Source: Azolla caroliniana (Eukaryota > Plantae > Polypodiophyta). From it: DNA of 64,000 nucleotides. Each line of letters begins with the position of its first letter. The first letter of the stretch is position 1. The DNA lies in the NCBI GenBank assembly GCA_043228905.1, contig JBHGNT010000006.1, forward strand, positions 17,856,001 to 17,920,000, written 5' to 3'. The notes beneath the pieces were generated by a model. The model was not told the DNA's origin. It was given only the letters and a program-made list of their open reading frames with translations, and searched no databases. The position numbers were made by a program, and so were the translations under genes. This document shows, piece by piece, positions 11,373 to 23,690 of this stretch.

Positions 11373-12285
11373 AATAAACCAATCAATTACTGATCTTGTG
11401 AATGTCTTAATCGGGGACCCATCAGTGATAGTGGAACTAGCATTTGCATTGAAGGGACCATTGTAGAATGGTACAAGCAACGACAAGAAATATGTGAGAG
11501 TGGTTGATTTGCACCCCGTGCAAATTGTAGGAATCAAAGATCCCAACTTAAAGAGTCCGAGAGGATATTGGAAAGGTATATCACTAATACTTCCACAATG
11601 CATATGGTGGAGGTGGCCCGATGGTTTAGAATCTTGAGCTTGACGACTCCTACTCTACGATATAATGTCTCACTTCAATGCTCATTTTGTGATTGATCAA
11701 GCCCTTACATTTACTTGGTATCCAGATGATTATTGAAAGGCACATGCCACATCTATGAGGGTCATTGCCTTTTATACATCACACGACCCAAATGTGCATG
11801 GACAATATCACACAAATAGAAGTGGAGATAGAGGTAGAGTGAGTCGAGGAGACAAACCATATAACATCATAGATGGAATCATGGGAGTCCAAATTACAAA
11901 CGATCGAGGATGTTATTTAAATTCTCTGGCAAGGGTTATGATCCTTTGACCGTGCAACTATTTTGGAATTTTTGTAGAAATTGGAAGATCTGTCTGAGAA
12001 GGTGTATTGCATTGTCGCGAAGTTTCGCGCGTGTGTTACTTGGGCGGGACCACGGGGGTCTTGGACTAGGGAGTACTGAAGGGATAGAGAAGACCCGAGG
12101 TTTGCTTTACGACAATACTACTTCCCGACCCCTTCCTAAGCAAGAGCTCGTTGCCCCTTTTTGTGAGGCCGATGACTTTTGTTGATCACGACTCGTCGAG
12201 TTTTCGAGATCACTGCACAAGCCAAGTGATCAAACGGGTACAAGCAAAGATGAGCACACAAGATGAACGCAGAAGGACACAATAA

Positions 12286-12590
12286 CACAAACACGAATGC
12301 CCGTACGTCTTTATGAGGAGGAGAGGTGCATGGGCATGCTCGAACGCTCCCTCGTCACAAGACGACCGAACGTACAAGGAAGAAACAAACACACGCACAA
12401 ATGCTCGTACGCCTTTATGAGGAGGACAGGTGCATGGGCATGCCCGAAATGCTCCCTCGTCACAAGACGACCGAACGTACAAGGAAGACACAAACACACG
12501 CACAAATGCTCGTACGCCTTTATGAGGAGGAGAGGTGCATGGGCACGCCCGAAACACCCCCTCGTCACAAGACGGTCGAACATACAAGTG
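12286..12590. repeat. 105-bp tandem repeat, 3 copies
   Basis: The unit aaatgctcgtacgcctttatgaggaggagaggtgcatgggc...cctcgtcacaagacgaccgaacgtacaagg is repeated three times. Confidence 0.9.
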
Positions 12591-13154
12591 GACGAGAACA
12601 AAGAAAGAAACAAAAACACGAATGATATTGTCTAAAGAAATAAATACGTGTTCGATTCCAATGCAAGAGGACCCTTTATAAAATAGGGTTTGATTACAAT
12701 GTGGCAACTTCTAGTTAACCACAAGCTCAACAAAACATAAATACTAAATGCCCTTAGAGACAAGACAAATCCGAACACGACGAAGACGAACACACGAGAA
12801 CCACAAAAATGCTGACCCCAACAAACCACGACCACCCGAACAGCAAGCACATGGGCTTGCAATGACGAATGGGGCAAAGCAACGTCGGACCAATGAAGTT
12901 TGGGGTCACGAGCACTTCGAGTGCCAACGCGAAGAAGACGAGCACATGGCGATGAGGGGGTGAAGGGGTATGAGATGAAGAGAAGTGGTGAAGAAGAAGA
13001 TGAAGAGCTCCGAAGGAAAAATGACAATAGTCTCCTCCTCCCAAAACGTCCTCCCAAATGAGCCCCCCTTGACCTCCTTTTATAGGAATAAAAGAAAGGG
13101 GGTCGCCAATTTTGTCTTCAATGCAAGAGGAATAAAATTCCTTTAATCACGCTA

Positions 13155-13228
13155 CATTGTAAGACGGGATTTGAACCGTGCACCTCTAGTCAAAAGTCAA
13201 TGTGACTATCCACTAGCCCATTAACTCT
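13155..13228 (-). other. tRNA-derived (SINE-head-like) A/B box segment
   Basis: The minus strand reads tgggctagtgg...gaggtgcacGGTTCAAATCCcg, i.e. A- and B-box-like motifs at tRNA-like spacing. Confidence 0.45.
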
Positions 13229-14059
13229 CTCCTATATAATATATAATTCTATCTCTACAAATTTATAGCCTGTCTCCCCTCTACTTTTATCTCTCTTCTC
13301 TCTTACTTTTTGCACGAGCTTCTATACATCCTTTCCACCCTTTTCTTTTGCATGTGCACAATTAATTGCCTTTGTGTGCACACACATTGCACATGCACAT
13401 TTTGACCGCTCCTTTCACCGGTTTTTCCCACTCTCAAGCACGCCACATCACAACAACGTTGGTGCACCAAAATCAACCAATGAAGAAAACGACAGATCAA
13501 TAAGTTGAAACCAACAAATTAGTGCCAAAAGAGGAGCAATGGTCAACATCTCGCAAGCACTTATTGTGAACTCCCCAAACACTTCCAAATCCCACACCAG
13601 AAAACTATAGAGAGGTGCAAGTCAGGCTAGGAGCCGATTACAAATATGTGACCATGTGAAGGTTCGGTGTTTGTGTTGTAATGGCTTGACCTTGACTTCA
13701 AGGGACTCGAATGTTATTTGTTGCAAAAATTGTGGCAACAGTTTGCCATCATCCGCACATGAGCCATAATCTCTACTTACTTGTGTATTTATATTTCATT
13801 TTAGGTTTCTTTGCTTGGATTTTGAACATTTGAAGTTTTAAACTTTAATGTAAATGTAATTTGAAGCTTTAAATTTTGAGTTGATTTGTTAGTTGAAGTT
13901 TGAAGACATAATTTTGTGTGATTTTTGAATTTTATTAAGTGGTGTGCAATTGGAAGTATAGGGTTTTTTTAGAGTAATTTTTATGTAACATGTTGATGGC
14001 AATTTTTTGCTTTACACTTAGAATTTTTTGTAGTTTTTAATGTCTGTTTTTTAGTCCAA

Positions 14060-14277
14060 CCCCTGCCTTGAGTCGGTCGGGCTGCTAGTCTCAGAGGTTA
14101 TAAGAGAGTTGGGCTCCTAGTGGTAAAGGTTGTCAAAGTCCAACTACTTGTGACAGATATCAACTTTTTATCCACATTGGACGGTGCAAATTGCACAACC
14201 CTTCTCCTACGCACTCTGCATCGTCCGTCGTGACTACGATTCCCTTGCCATGCCTCTTTAATATTTGGCAAGTATGA
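14060..14277 (-). mobile_element. Second copy of the Helitron-like 5' terminus
   Basis: tttatccacattggacg...gcaaat...cgattccc...ctctttaatatttgg matches 8285-8385, and gggctcct motifs are also shared. Confidence 0.45.
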
Positions 14278-16567
14278 AGCACACGTGCCATTCTTCTTTG
14301 GCACCGTAAACTACCGATTTGAATATGGGGCACTTGACGATTCGAGAACCCCCACCTCGACCTTCTCCTTGAGTAGCTCCATCAACTTCGGGATGTGAGC
14401 TCTTGGTACCGGAATAAGTTTGATGTTCCACAGCACATGCGGTACTGTGAAGATCACCATTGGTTCCATAATTGTTGGGTCGGAGCACCCTATCTCATCA
14501 AGTGAAAAGGCAAAGGCCCTCCCTCAACTTTTGATCATCCTCCAGAACTTGTTCTCCTCCCCGAGCAGTAGGAAGTCATCCGTGACAATTTGTTCACCTT
14601 CCCATTTTCTAAGCCTCAACATGTCGGATCTAACCGAGAGAATAAATCAGCTTACGGAAGCCGGCATCAACTTCAACTTGAGAATGACAACCTTCGGGAA
14701 TCGTTACGGAAGCTTCAAGTTGGAACACCGATGGAACTCGAAGAAAAAAACAACTCTCCTCTTGCATCAACAAATGTTCTACCTGTAGATCTTGGTCCCT
14801 CGTCCACTCTTTCTCCAACTCCTCTCCATCCCACTACAAGTATGGAGCCCAAGATTAGTTTATCTGACAAGTTCAATGGCATGAGGAAGCACTCCTGATA
14901 GTTCATAAATCAGATCAAGCTTATTATCCAACTATAGCCCCAATAGTATGCGGATGATTTTCATCAAGTTGGTCTCATTGGGACCCTTCTATCAGGAGTT
15001 GCACAAGCTTGGTTTGCGCCGTTGGTCGAAACTTCCCCACCACTTCTACAAAATTTCCATGCCTTTCTAGCAGAGTTCGAGGCAACATTTGGGACCCTAT
15101 TTCAAAGAATGGAGACCCTATTTGGCTAGGGTGCAACACTGTATCCAAGTGGTTACCGATCACAACAACAGAATATACTTTTCTACCACACAAACTTTAA
15201 ATCGTAGACAAGTGCAATGGTCAACCTTCTTGGTAGACTATGTTTTTGAGATAATCTTTTAACCTAGCGCTCAACACACGATGGCCGATGTCTTATCTTG
15301 CCAATCTGAGTTTGAGCTCACTCGGGAGGATGAAACCTATATCCAGCAGTCCTAGAGTTTGTTAAAGCCTGACCAATTCTACAACTTCATGACTTGCTTG
15401 CTCTGGGATGACTCTTTGTTCAAGCAAATTGTAGAAGCCGTTATGACTAACAAGTTCGCCATAGAGGTCAAGGCAAGTATCACAAACCCCTCCCATGAAC
15501 CCAAAAGGCTCGATTTAGCTCGTTTTACAATTCAAGATAACCTTTTGTTTCAAGATAATCTTTTGTATGTCCCAGAAGGACCGTGTCGGACCAGGGTACT
15601 CCAAGAGTGTTACGATGATCCACTTGCTAGTCATTTTGGCGTTGCAAAAACCTTGGAGTTGATATCTCACGGGTACTGGTGACCGCAACCATGGAAATTG
15701 GTCAAAGCGTTTGTTAAGTCATGCAACGCTTGTGCTCACTCCAAGGCATCTCATCATCGACCATATGGTCTCCTTCAACCTCTCCCAATCCCCAAACGGC
15801 CTTGGGCCTCTCTTTTCATGGATTTCATCACTAACTCGGTGTTTGTCATGGTTGATCACTTCACCAAGATGGCCCATTTTGCTCCATGTGCCAAAACCAT
15901 TATTCGAGAGGAGACAACCAATTTGTTTTTCAAAAATGTTGTTCGACTACATGAACTCCCGAATGATATTACTTCTGATCGAGAACCACAATTTGTTTCC
16001 AATTTCTGGCAGCGCCTTCTGCAAACCTTCATTTGTATTGTGAATCTGTCTTCAACCTATCATCCACAAACCAATGGACAAACGCAGCGGGTTAACCAAA
16101 TCCTAGAACAGTACTTGCGGTGCTCTGTTAGCTACCAACAAGACAATTGGGTTGACCTTCTCCCACTTGACGAGCTCACCTACAACAACTCTCTACATGC
16201 ATCTACGAGAGTTACTCCATTTTTCTCAAACAACGATCTCCACCCCCACTTCAACATTTCTCTTCCCTCTGTCTCTATCAATCCTTCTGCAAAGGACTAG
16301 GCACGTCTCTTGGAGGATGTACATCGCGACCTTTCCTTGGAGCTAATCCTCACTGGAGAACGCTACAAGGAGCAAGCTAACCGTCTTCGCTCAGATGCCC
16401 CCCATTTCGAGGTAGGTGACTTTGTTTGGCTTCTACGTTGCAATATTGCCACCACTCGTCCTTGTCCTAAGCTCGATTACAAGACGTTAGGCTCTTTCCG
16501 AATCATCGAGAAAATTGGTTCCATGGTTGCCCACTTAGAGCTACCATCCCACTTTCGTATTCACAAT
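14275..16567 (+). mobile_element. Decayed chromovirus-type Ty3/Gypsy (gag, RNase H end, integrase; PR/RT deleted)
   Basis: Gag EPKISLSDKFNG...LSGVAQAWF, RNase H end TDHNN...LNRRQVQW, and integrase HFGVAKT...RPYGLLQPLPIPKRPW...HPQTNGQT...HFRIHN. Possible LTR end gtgaca at 14587. Confidence 0.85.
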
Positions 16568-16942
16568 TCTTGAGCGAGCAAGCTCAACCGGATCCGGATC
16601 AGCTGAATAAGCCAGAGCCGGATCGAATTGAAACCGGTAGGCCGTTAGAGGCCTACAAATCTAGCATAGTACGTAGGCATATTTTTGGAAGTCAATGTCA
16701 GTTGCTCATATGAGCATTGAAGTACTTGTCAGTACTTCTGTCGGTCCTCTATGGACTTGTATAAAAGTGTTCTCTGAGCACATTCTACATATAGAGTGTT
16801 ATTACTTTGAATTAACTTTTAGCTTTCTGCTCTCTCTGTCTCCCCCTATGTAAGGTCTCCATTAAACCTTTCGTCTCAATATTCAGTTGTTACCCGATAC
16901 AACCGGTTTTGTCTCATAAGCTTCTGCACGTGTACTTTAACA
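16568..16942 (+). repeat. Copia 5' LTR
   Basis: Starts tcttgagcg (mutated TG), ends tttaaCA and is followed by the PBS. Confidence 0.9.
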
Positions 16943-17478
16943 TGGTATCAGAGCACGAGGGTTGACACTCCTCTTCAGCCGAGAGACACATTGGAAGACA
17001 AACCCTAATGTTACCGGCCGGCAAGGAGTCCAAAATACGGAGTGAAGGAATTAATTAAGTATGGTTGTAAATAAGCATAGTGTGGACGGACGGACTGGAA
17101 ACGGTATGCCGTTCCAGATCCGGACGGATCCCGAATAGGTGCGATAGGCACCGTTTTGTACTACGGGCCGGAAACCTATTTAAAGGCCCGGACCCCATTG
17201 TAATCGCAGCGGATAATTAATAGAGCATATGGTGTTTATACTTCTGTGTTGATTTCCGTTCTGTAATTACTGTTATATCTTACGCGTGTAATTAACCAAA
17301 GCACTCTAATCGTGTAACCTATGTGAGTCGGTGTAATCGTTGAATCTTAATCCTATGCCGTAATCACCCTTTGGTGAAGTGTCTCCATGACACCTTGTGT
17401 TAGGCCTTGTCCGGTCAGAGAATAACACAGTTTTGGCGACCACGATTCCTGCTTTCTCGCAGCGAACGACGGTAATGG

Positions 17479-20400
17479 ATGACTAGACCAACGCACGACC
17501 TGGTTACAGACCGAGCTCGACGCCTCGCCGAACGGCAAAGACGGCGTGAGACTTTCCAGCAAGCAGCGCACGAAATTCGCTCGGATCGTTCGTTCTCCAA
17601 CGAGATCCGGAGAGTCGCGGAGGAATCTCTTCGGTTACAGCAAACTCGCGACCAGGACAACGGAAGCAGTCTAAGTAGTCTCCGGGAAACCGAACGCCTG
17701 CTCGAGGCGCTGGCAAGCGGAGACAACGAGGCAGAAGCCTTTTCAGCCTACGAATCGGATTCCGAAGGGGGATATAGCGTGCACACGAACTACCGGAGCA
17801 GCAACGATACCCCCGGCGGCCCGGAGGACGACGAGTCGGATACCGTGCCGACTCCAGAACCGGAACCGTTCGACCAGGGCTATCCGGAACCGCAAACAGA
17901 AGCCGTCAACCCACCAATACCGGAAGTGGAAGAAGCAAAGCCACCGACACCAACGAAAGAGCCGGCAAAGGTACCGGAAGAAGAGCCGGTGAAGGAACCC
18001 GAAAAAGCACCGGCAAAAGAACCGGAAGTGGAACCGGAGAGAAAACCGGAAAGATATCAACAAACGCCACTAAACCGCGGCCTAATACTGGACGACGACA
18101 TGTCGTTCCAATACTCAAAGTATCGCGATGATCCGGACGCGGAAGCGCATGTTCATGACTTCGAGCAGACATGGGAAGCAAATCACACGTCCCAGCGAAT
18201 GACACCGGAGGAAGAAGAACGCTCGAATATAGCGGAATTCGGAGTCACGTTGGAGGGACCAGCGACACGATGGCGGTGGACGCAGGACCCGACGACCATC
18301 ACAACCTTTGCAGAATTAAAAGCAAAATTCTTGCATTTTTTCCACAAGGAGGTCGACCAGACGACAATGGTGGGCCTGTTTTATACGATCCGACAGGAGG
18401 CAGGGGAAAGCATTCCCCAATTCGTCATCCGTTTCCAACGAATGCATAGCCAGCTTGCCCGTGCACCCCCGGAGGAGGAATTACGGACAATATTTTTAAA
18501 CGCACTCCGGGAACCGTTACGCACGGTGTGTACGGTGATCGACTTTCGAGGATGCACCATCGACCAGGTCATTGACCGGGTCAGAGAAATGGAAAAGTCA
18601 AGCTCATGGCTTACACTGGGAGCACTGCAACGGGCGTTACCCACCGATGAAGATCTCCGGTTCCGGCAGGCAATTCAATGCACAATCTGCTTGAATGCCG
18701 GACACTCGGCAGTGGAGTGCACCATGGGAACCCAGTGTGTGATTTGTCAATCCAAGAGTCATACAACGGACCGGTGTGAGTATAACCTGTTAAACCGACA
18801 AGCACCACCTGTCCGACGGATCGAGCCAAGAAGCAGCCGAGACGAAGATGACGATCGTTGGCAAAGAATGAACCGGTACCGACCGGCACAGGATGTCCGG
18901 TACGGAGACAGACAAGAGAATGATGGCCGGTACGGGAATCGGCATGATAACTACGACCGGTATGAGCGATCGGACCGTTATCGGGAGCCCAACAGACGAC
19001 ACGAGCAATACGACAGAGACCATTCCCCTGGTTACCGGAGGCACCAGGAGGACTACGGCCGATTTTACGATCCACCACGACCGGACTACCGAAATAAAAA
19101 TAAGAATAATAAGAAACGTAATTTCAAGAAAGGTGGTCACACTAGGGACCCGGAACATGGGACCCCAAGGAGCCAACCGGCACAGAACGCACCACTCACT
19201 ACGGGACCGACTCCGGATACCAGCAATGCTGAATCCAGCAATACCCGTAAAGAGTACTGCTATTACTGCAGGCAGGAAGGCCACTACAGTAACCACTGCC
19301 CGGCAAAGAGCTACGATAAACGACCAGTAGTTAATATGGTGGTTCCGGAAGTGGCGGATATAAAGCAAGTAACCACACGGTCGAAAGGCATGGCCAAAGA
19401 GTGGGAAACACAAGAGGCCATACGAAAACAGGCGACGGAATGGGTGAAGGAAGCCAATGAAAGGAACGTCACGGACGCGGAACGGCAAAAGGCAAATACC
19501 ATAGGGAGTGCCGGCGGTAGCCACGCAGAAAATGAGACATGGCAAGCACTGCAAGAATGTCAGATCACGTTGCCATTAGGAAGACTCTTGAAGCTCGTGC
19601 CGCGATTTACGGAAGGACTAAAAACAGTCATGACAGACGGTATAGCCCCACCGGCACCAGTCCTCTTCTCGAATCCGGAGGAGGGACCGACGGTGGTGGA
19701 CACTAGTAGTCCGGTGATTACAGCTATTGTCAAAGGGCACGAACTTCCCGGCACAGTAATCGATGGAGGTTCCGGGGTGAACGTAATAAGCCTCCACACG
19801 TGTGATGCCTTGGGAATACATGAATGGGAGCCATGTCCGTTCTGGCTACGGATGGCGGATACGAGCTCTGTACGGCCGACGGGCTTAATACGGAAATTGG
19901 AAGTCACCATAGGAGGTCACACATTTCACATCTCGGTTGTCGTGCTGCAGCTACAGGCGCAAGGCGCGTACCCACTGTTGTTGGGCAGACCATGGTTGAA
20001 AACAACACACATCAAGCAAAATTGGCGGAAAAATATGATTACCTTCCGGCGCGGAAAAGCCAAGGTCCGGGTACCGACACAACCACGGATGAGCAACGGT
20101 AAGGAACGCACACCGCTATATGCGGAATGCGTGAACATGCTTGAAGGGCTGGCAGACGACGCAGAAGCCCAGTACTTGAAGGAACACCCGAAGATGGTAC
20201 CACTCTTCGAGATTGACGTAGCTGAAGCCGTAGCGCCATACTTGCCGCAGCGGGACGAAACCGAAGCTGAACCAGACAAAGATTCGATTCGGGAATTACG
20301 GCAAGCACAGGAAGCGTTGGAACGGGAAATGGCCGTTTCCCAACGGGTAAAAACATCCCAGCTCGACGAAGTGAACCTAGGAAGCAAGGACGAATCAAAG

Positions 20401-23325
20401 CCGGTACACATCGCCAAAGAAATGAAGCCGGAAGATAAAGCGGCGATGATCAAACTTCTCACGGAGTTTCGCGACGTATTCGCCTGGTCATACGAAGACA
20501 TGCGAGGGCTGGACCCTCAATTATATCAGCATCAGATCCACTTAGGCAAGGACGCGAAACCAGTGGCGCAAAGACGTTACCGAATGAACCCCAACTACGC
20601 CGCCAAAGTGAAGGAGGAAATCGACAAACTCCTAAGAGTGGGCTTCATCCGGCCGGTAAAGAAAGCGACGTGGCTGAGCCCCATCGTCGTCATCCCAAAG
20701 AAGAACGGTAAAATCCGCGTGTGTGTAGATTACAAGAAACTAAATGCAGCCACAATTACGGATGCATTCCCTCTTCCGTTCACGGATGGAGTACTGGATG
20801 CCGTCGCCGGCCATGAAGTTTATAGTTTTTTAGACGGGTTCAGCGGATACAATCAAATCCGGATGCACCCTGACGACCAGGAGAAGACAGCGTTCGTCAC
20901 CGAATGGGGGGTGTTTGTGGCCGAAGTAATGATGTTCGGCCTAAAAACGGCACCAGCAACTTTCCAGCGAATCATCATGGAGATCTTCGGCGAATACATT
21001 CCTGCCTTCATGCAGGTTTTCCTGGATGATTTTGCAGTCTATAGCCGGGGAAAAGACCATTTGCAGCACCTACGGTTATGTCTTGAAAACTGTAGGTTAT
21101 ACCGGCTAAGCTTAAACCCAGCAAAATGCATCTTTGGGGTTTCAAGTGGAATCTTACTGGGACACATTGTAAGTAAGGAGGGCATTGCGGTCGACCCGGA
21201 CAAAGTAAACGCGATACTAGGGGCACCGGCGCCGAAAACAGCCAAAGCACTAAGCCGATTCTTAGGACAGATCCGGTGGCACAGCCGGATGCTCCGTCAC
21301 TTGGCTGACTTGGCTACACCATTACACACCGTGGTACATCGGACACTGTTCCAATGGACGGATATGGAGGATAAGGCATACAATGCCCTGAAGGTACTTC
21401 TGTCGCAAGCACCCGTCGTGCAGCCTCCGGATTGGAGCAAGGAATTTCATGTGTTCGTTGACGCTTCCGACATCGCTATCGGCAGCGCCTTAATGCAACT
21501 TACGGAGCCTAAATGGTACCGGCCGGTATATTACGCCAGCAGGAAGTTGTCCCAAGCGGAGAAGAACTATTCGACGACGGAACGGGAGGCCCTGGGCATG
21601 ATCTACAGTGTCACAAAGTTTCGTCATTACCTATTGGGAAGGAAGTTCTCCTTTCATGTGGATCACTCGGCGCTCCTGTACTTAGTGTCCAAGGCGTCCT
21701 TGACCGGTAAGTTGGCCCGTTGGACCTTGCTGTTGCAGGAGTTCGAATTCGAGATCTTCCACCAACCCGGTATCCAGCATGCCGTAGCAGACTACCTGAG
21801 CCGGTTAGAGTTCGGAGAATCAGGCGATGGAGTATCGGATGAATTCCCGGACGCAGAGTTATTCCGTATCACCCCGGAGACGGCAGCGGACGACACGGTG
21901 GCATCAGAAGATAGGTGGCTAACAAACATGCACCAGTTCCTAAGCACGGGCTTGCCACCGGAGGAAATGAACCGGGACGAGAGGAAACGACTGGCGGTGC
22001 AGAGCCGCAATTTCTGTCTGTTACGGGACACTCTCTACCACAAAGGAGTAGATGGAATATGGAGACGGGCAGTCCGTAGTGACGAGAAACAAGTAATCTT
22101 ACGGGAAGCACACTGTGGGGTTGCCGGAGGACACTATGCCGGGGAAGCAACGGCAAGGAAAGTATGGCAGAGCGGTTTATGGTGGCCCACGACGTTAAAA
22201 GACGCCGTTAAGTATGCTAAGGAATGTGACCTATGCCAACGGATGGGTCAGCCTACGGAGCAAGCACGGATGCCACACCAACCGGTACTTCCACTAGAGC
22301 CATTCCAGAAGTGGGGGTTGGATTTTGTCGGACCGTTCAAGCCACCGGCAATGAGAACGGGTAATCGTTATGTCATCGTGGCAACAGATTATTGCACTAA
22401 ATGGGTGGAGGCTAAGGCCTTGAGAGACAACACCGCGTCATCCACAGCAAAATTCCTGTACGAGAACATTTGGTGCCGATATGGATGTCCGATTGAATTA
22501 ATCAGCGACCAAGGAGGGCACTTCCTCGGCCAGGTAGTGGAAAGCTTAACAACGTTCTATGCCATGGTCCATAAACGGAGCACACCGTACTACCCCCAAG
22601 CAAACGGGTTAGCAGAGTCCACCAACAAAACGCTGCAAAACATTCTCCGCAAAATCGTCAATGACAACCGGACGGACTGGGATACAAAGCTCCATAGCGC
22701 GCTATGGGCGTACCGAACGGCATACAAAACAAGTATCCGGACAACGCCGTTCCGGTTAGCGTTCGGCTTAGAGGCGGTCATGCCGGTGGAATTTCAGGTA
22801 CCAAGCTTACGGATCCAACTACGGGAACGGCTGAATGAAAAGGAGTCGGAGGAAATGCGGCTAGCAGCACTATGCGAACTGGAGGAGCAACAGCTGGCCA
22901 GCATCCTACACATGGAACTGGAGCAACGACGACGGAAAGCGTTCGTTGACCGTCACCGGAAAGGTAATGAAAAGATGTTCGAAATCGGAAAGCCGGTACT
23001 AGTATTCCAAACGAGGATGGGCAAGATGCCGGGTAAACTCCGGTTTAGATGGATAGGCCCGTATTGGCTGACACGGGAATACAACGGATCCTATCAGTTA
23101 GGGACACTTGCCGGTGAAGTGCTAGGCAAGTGGGTCAACGGATTTAGACTAAAGCCCTATAAAGGACCGATGCCAAAGAACCCGTTTATGCAGCCCACCG
23201 GCACTATACCGGGAACGGTACGGATGGAAGAAAAAGACGACGGGGAACCCGTAGCAGAGGCGAAGGAAGACACGGCAACCCGTAAGGAAAACGGTAAGGG
23301 TCCAAAGGGACCTACAAATGTGTAA
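17479..23325 (+). CDS. Gag-Pol polyprotein, 1948 aa, intact single ORF
   Basis: Gag, three CCHC knuckles, protease VIDGGSG, RT (LDGFSGYNQI, FLDD), RNase H (VDASD, TTERE), integrase HHCC/DDE and GPY motif, in Gypsy domain order. Confidence 0.95.
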   Translation: MTRPTHDLVTDRARRLAERQRRRETFQQAAHEIRSDRSFSNEIRRVAEESLRLQQTRDQDNGSSLSSLRETERLLEALASGDNEAEAFSAYESDSEGGYSVHTNYRSSNDTPGGPEDDESDTVPTPEPEPFDQGYPEPQTEAVNPPIPEVEEAKPPTPTKEPAKVPEEEPVKEPEKAPAKEPEVEPERKPERYQQTPLNRGLILDDDMSFQYSKYRDDPDAEAHVHDFEQTWEANHTSQRMTPEEEERSNIAEFGVTLEGPATRWRWTQDPTTITTFAELKAKFLHFFHKEVDQTTMVGLFYTIRQEAGESIPQFVIRFQRMHSQLARAPPEEELRTIFLNALREPLRTVCTVIDFRGCTIDQVIDRVREMEKSSSWLTLGALQRALPTDEDLRFRQAIQCTICLNAGHSAVECTMGTQCVICQSKSHTTDRCEYNLLNRQAPPVRRIEPRSSRDEDDDRWQRMNRYRPAQDVRYGDRQENDGRYGNRHDNYDRYERSDRYREPNRRHEQYDRDHSPGYRRHQEDYGRFYDPPRPDYRNKNKNNKKRNFKKGGHTRDPEHGTPRSQPAQNAPLTTGPTPDTSNAESSNTRKEYCYYCRQEGHYSNHCPAKSYDKRPVVNMVVPEVADIKQVTTRSKGMAKEWETQEAIRKQATEWVKEANERNVTDAERQKANTIGSAGGSHAENETWQALQECQITLPLGRLLKLVPRFTEGLKTVMTDGIAPPAPVLFSNPEEGPTVVDTSSPVITAIVKGHELPGTVIDGGSGVNVISLHTCDALGIHEWEPCPFWLRMADTSSVRPTGLIRKLEVTIGGHTFHISVVVLQLQAQGAYPLLLGRPWLKTTHIKQNWRKNMITFRRGKAKVRVPTQPRMSNGKERTPLYAECVNMLEGLADDAEAQYLKEHPKMVPLFEIDVAEAVAPYLPQRDETEAEPDKDSIRELRQAQEALEREMAVSQRVKTSQLDEVNLGSKDESKPVHIAKEMKPEDKAAMIKLLTEFRDVFAWSYEDMRGLDPQLYQHQIHLGKDAKPVAQRRYRMNPNYAAKVKEEIDKLLRVGFIRPVKKATWLSPIVVIPKKNGKIRVCVDYKKLNAATITDAFPLPFTDGVLDAVAGHEVYSFLDGFSGYNQIRMHPDDQEKTAFVTEWGVFVAEVMMFGLKTAPATFQRIIMEIFGEYIPAFMQVFLDDFAVYSRGKDHLQHLRLCLENCRLYRLSLNPAKCIFGVSSGILLGHIVSKEGIAVDPDKVNAILGAPAPKTAKALSRFLGQIRWHSRMLRHLADLATPLHTVVHRTLFQWTDMEDKAYNALKVLLSQAPVVQPPDWSKEFHVFVDASDIAIGSALMQLTEPKWYRPVYYASRKLSQAEKNYSTTEREALGMIYSVTKFRHYLLGRKFSFHVDHSALLYLVSKASLTGKLARWTLLLQEFEFEIFHQPGIQHAVADYLSRLEFGESGDGVSDEFPDAELFRITPETAADDTVASEDRWLTNMHQFLSTGLPPEEMNRDERKRLAVQSRNFCLLRDTLYHKGVDGIWRRAVRSDEKQVILREAHCGVAGGHYAGEATARKVWQSGLWWPTTLKDAVKYAKECDLCQRMGQPTEQARMPHQPVLPLEPFQKWGLDFVGPFKPPAMRTGNRYVIVATDYCTKWVEAKALRDNTASSTAKFLYENIWCRYGCPIELISDQGGHFLGQVVESLTTFYAMVHKRSTPYYPQANGLAESTNKTLQNILRKIVNDNRTDWDTKLHSALWAYRTAYKTSIRTTPFRLAFGLEAVMPVEFQVPSLRIQLRERLNEKESEEMRLAALCELEEQQLASILHMELEQRRRKAFVDRHRKGNEKMFEIGKPVLVFQTRMGKMPGKLRFRWIGPYWLTREYNGSYQLGTLAGEVLGKWVNGFRLKPYKGPMPKNPFMQPTGTIPGTVRMEEKDDGEPVAEAKEDTATRKENGKGPKGPTNV

Positions 23326-23690
23326 GATCACATACCGTCAGTTAAAAAAAAAAAAAAAAAGAATCATTAAAAATCAAGGTATGAACGGACGTGAAATCAA
23401 GGAGCGAAAAGGTACGTAGTGGGCATTTAAGTGCCGCCACGCTACTTAATACTAAATTGGTACACGACGTGTGCATGCTCGAAAAAGGCGCCAAGACGAA
23501 CAGAGAAGAAGCAGAACGCATGGAGACCTTTTCATTTCGCGAGCCAAGAAGCACAGAAGCACCAAGGCGGTGGAAGCTTACCAAACGCGAACTTGCACTC
23601 AGAGAACCCCCACGTTCGGAACTCTCTATCTCTCGCTCTCACTCTCATCACCACTCTACCTCGCCATCTTTCCTCGACCTCGAAGGAGAC

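Noticed and set aside
12286-12590. CRISPR-like array (also 8126-8256)
   Set aside because: These are head-to-tail repeats without unique spacers, in a eukaryotic context with no cas genes.
23391-23690. N-terminal 100 aa of the predicted 766-aa ORF
   Set aside because: It uses a non-ATG start and the frame is not conserved in element 2. The ATG at 23691 is preferred.
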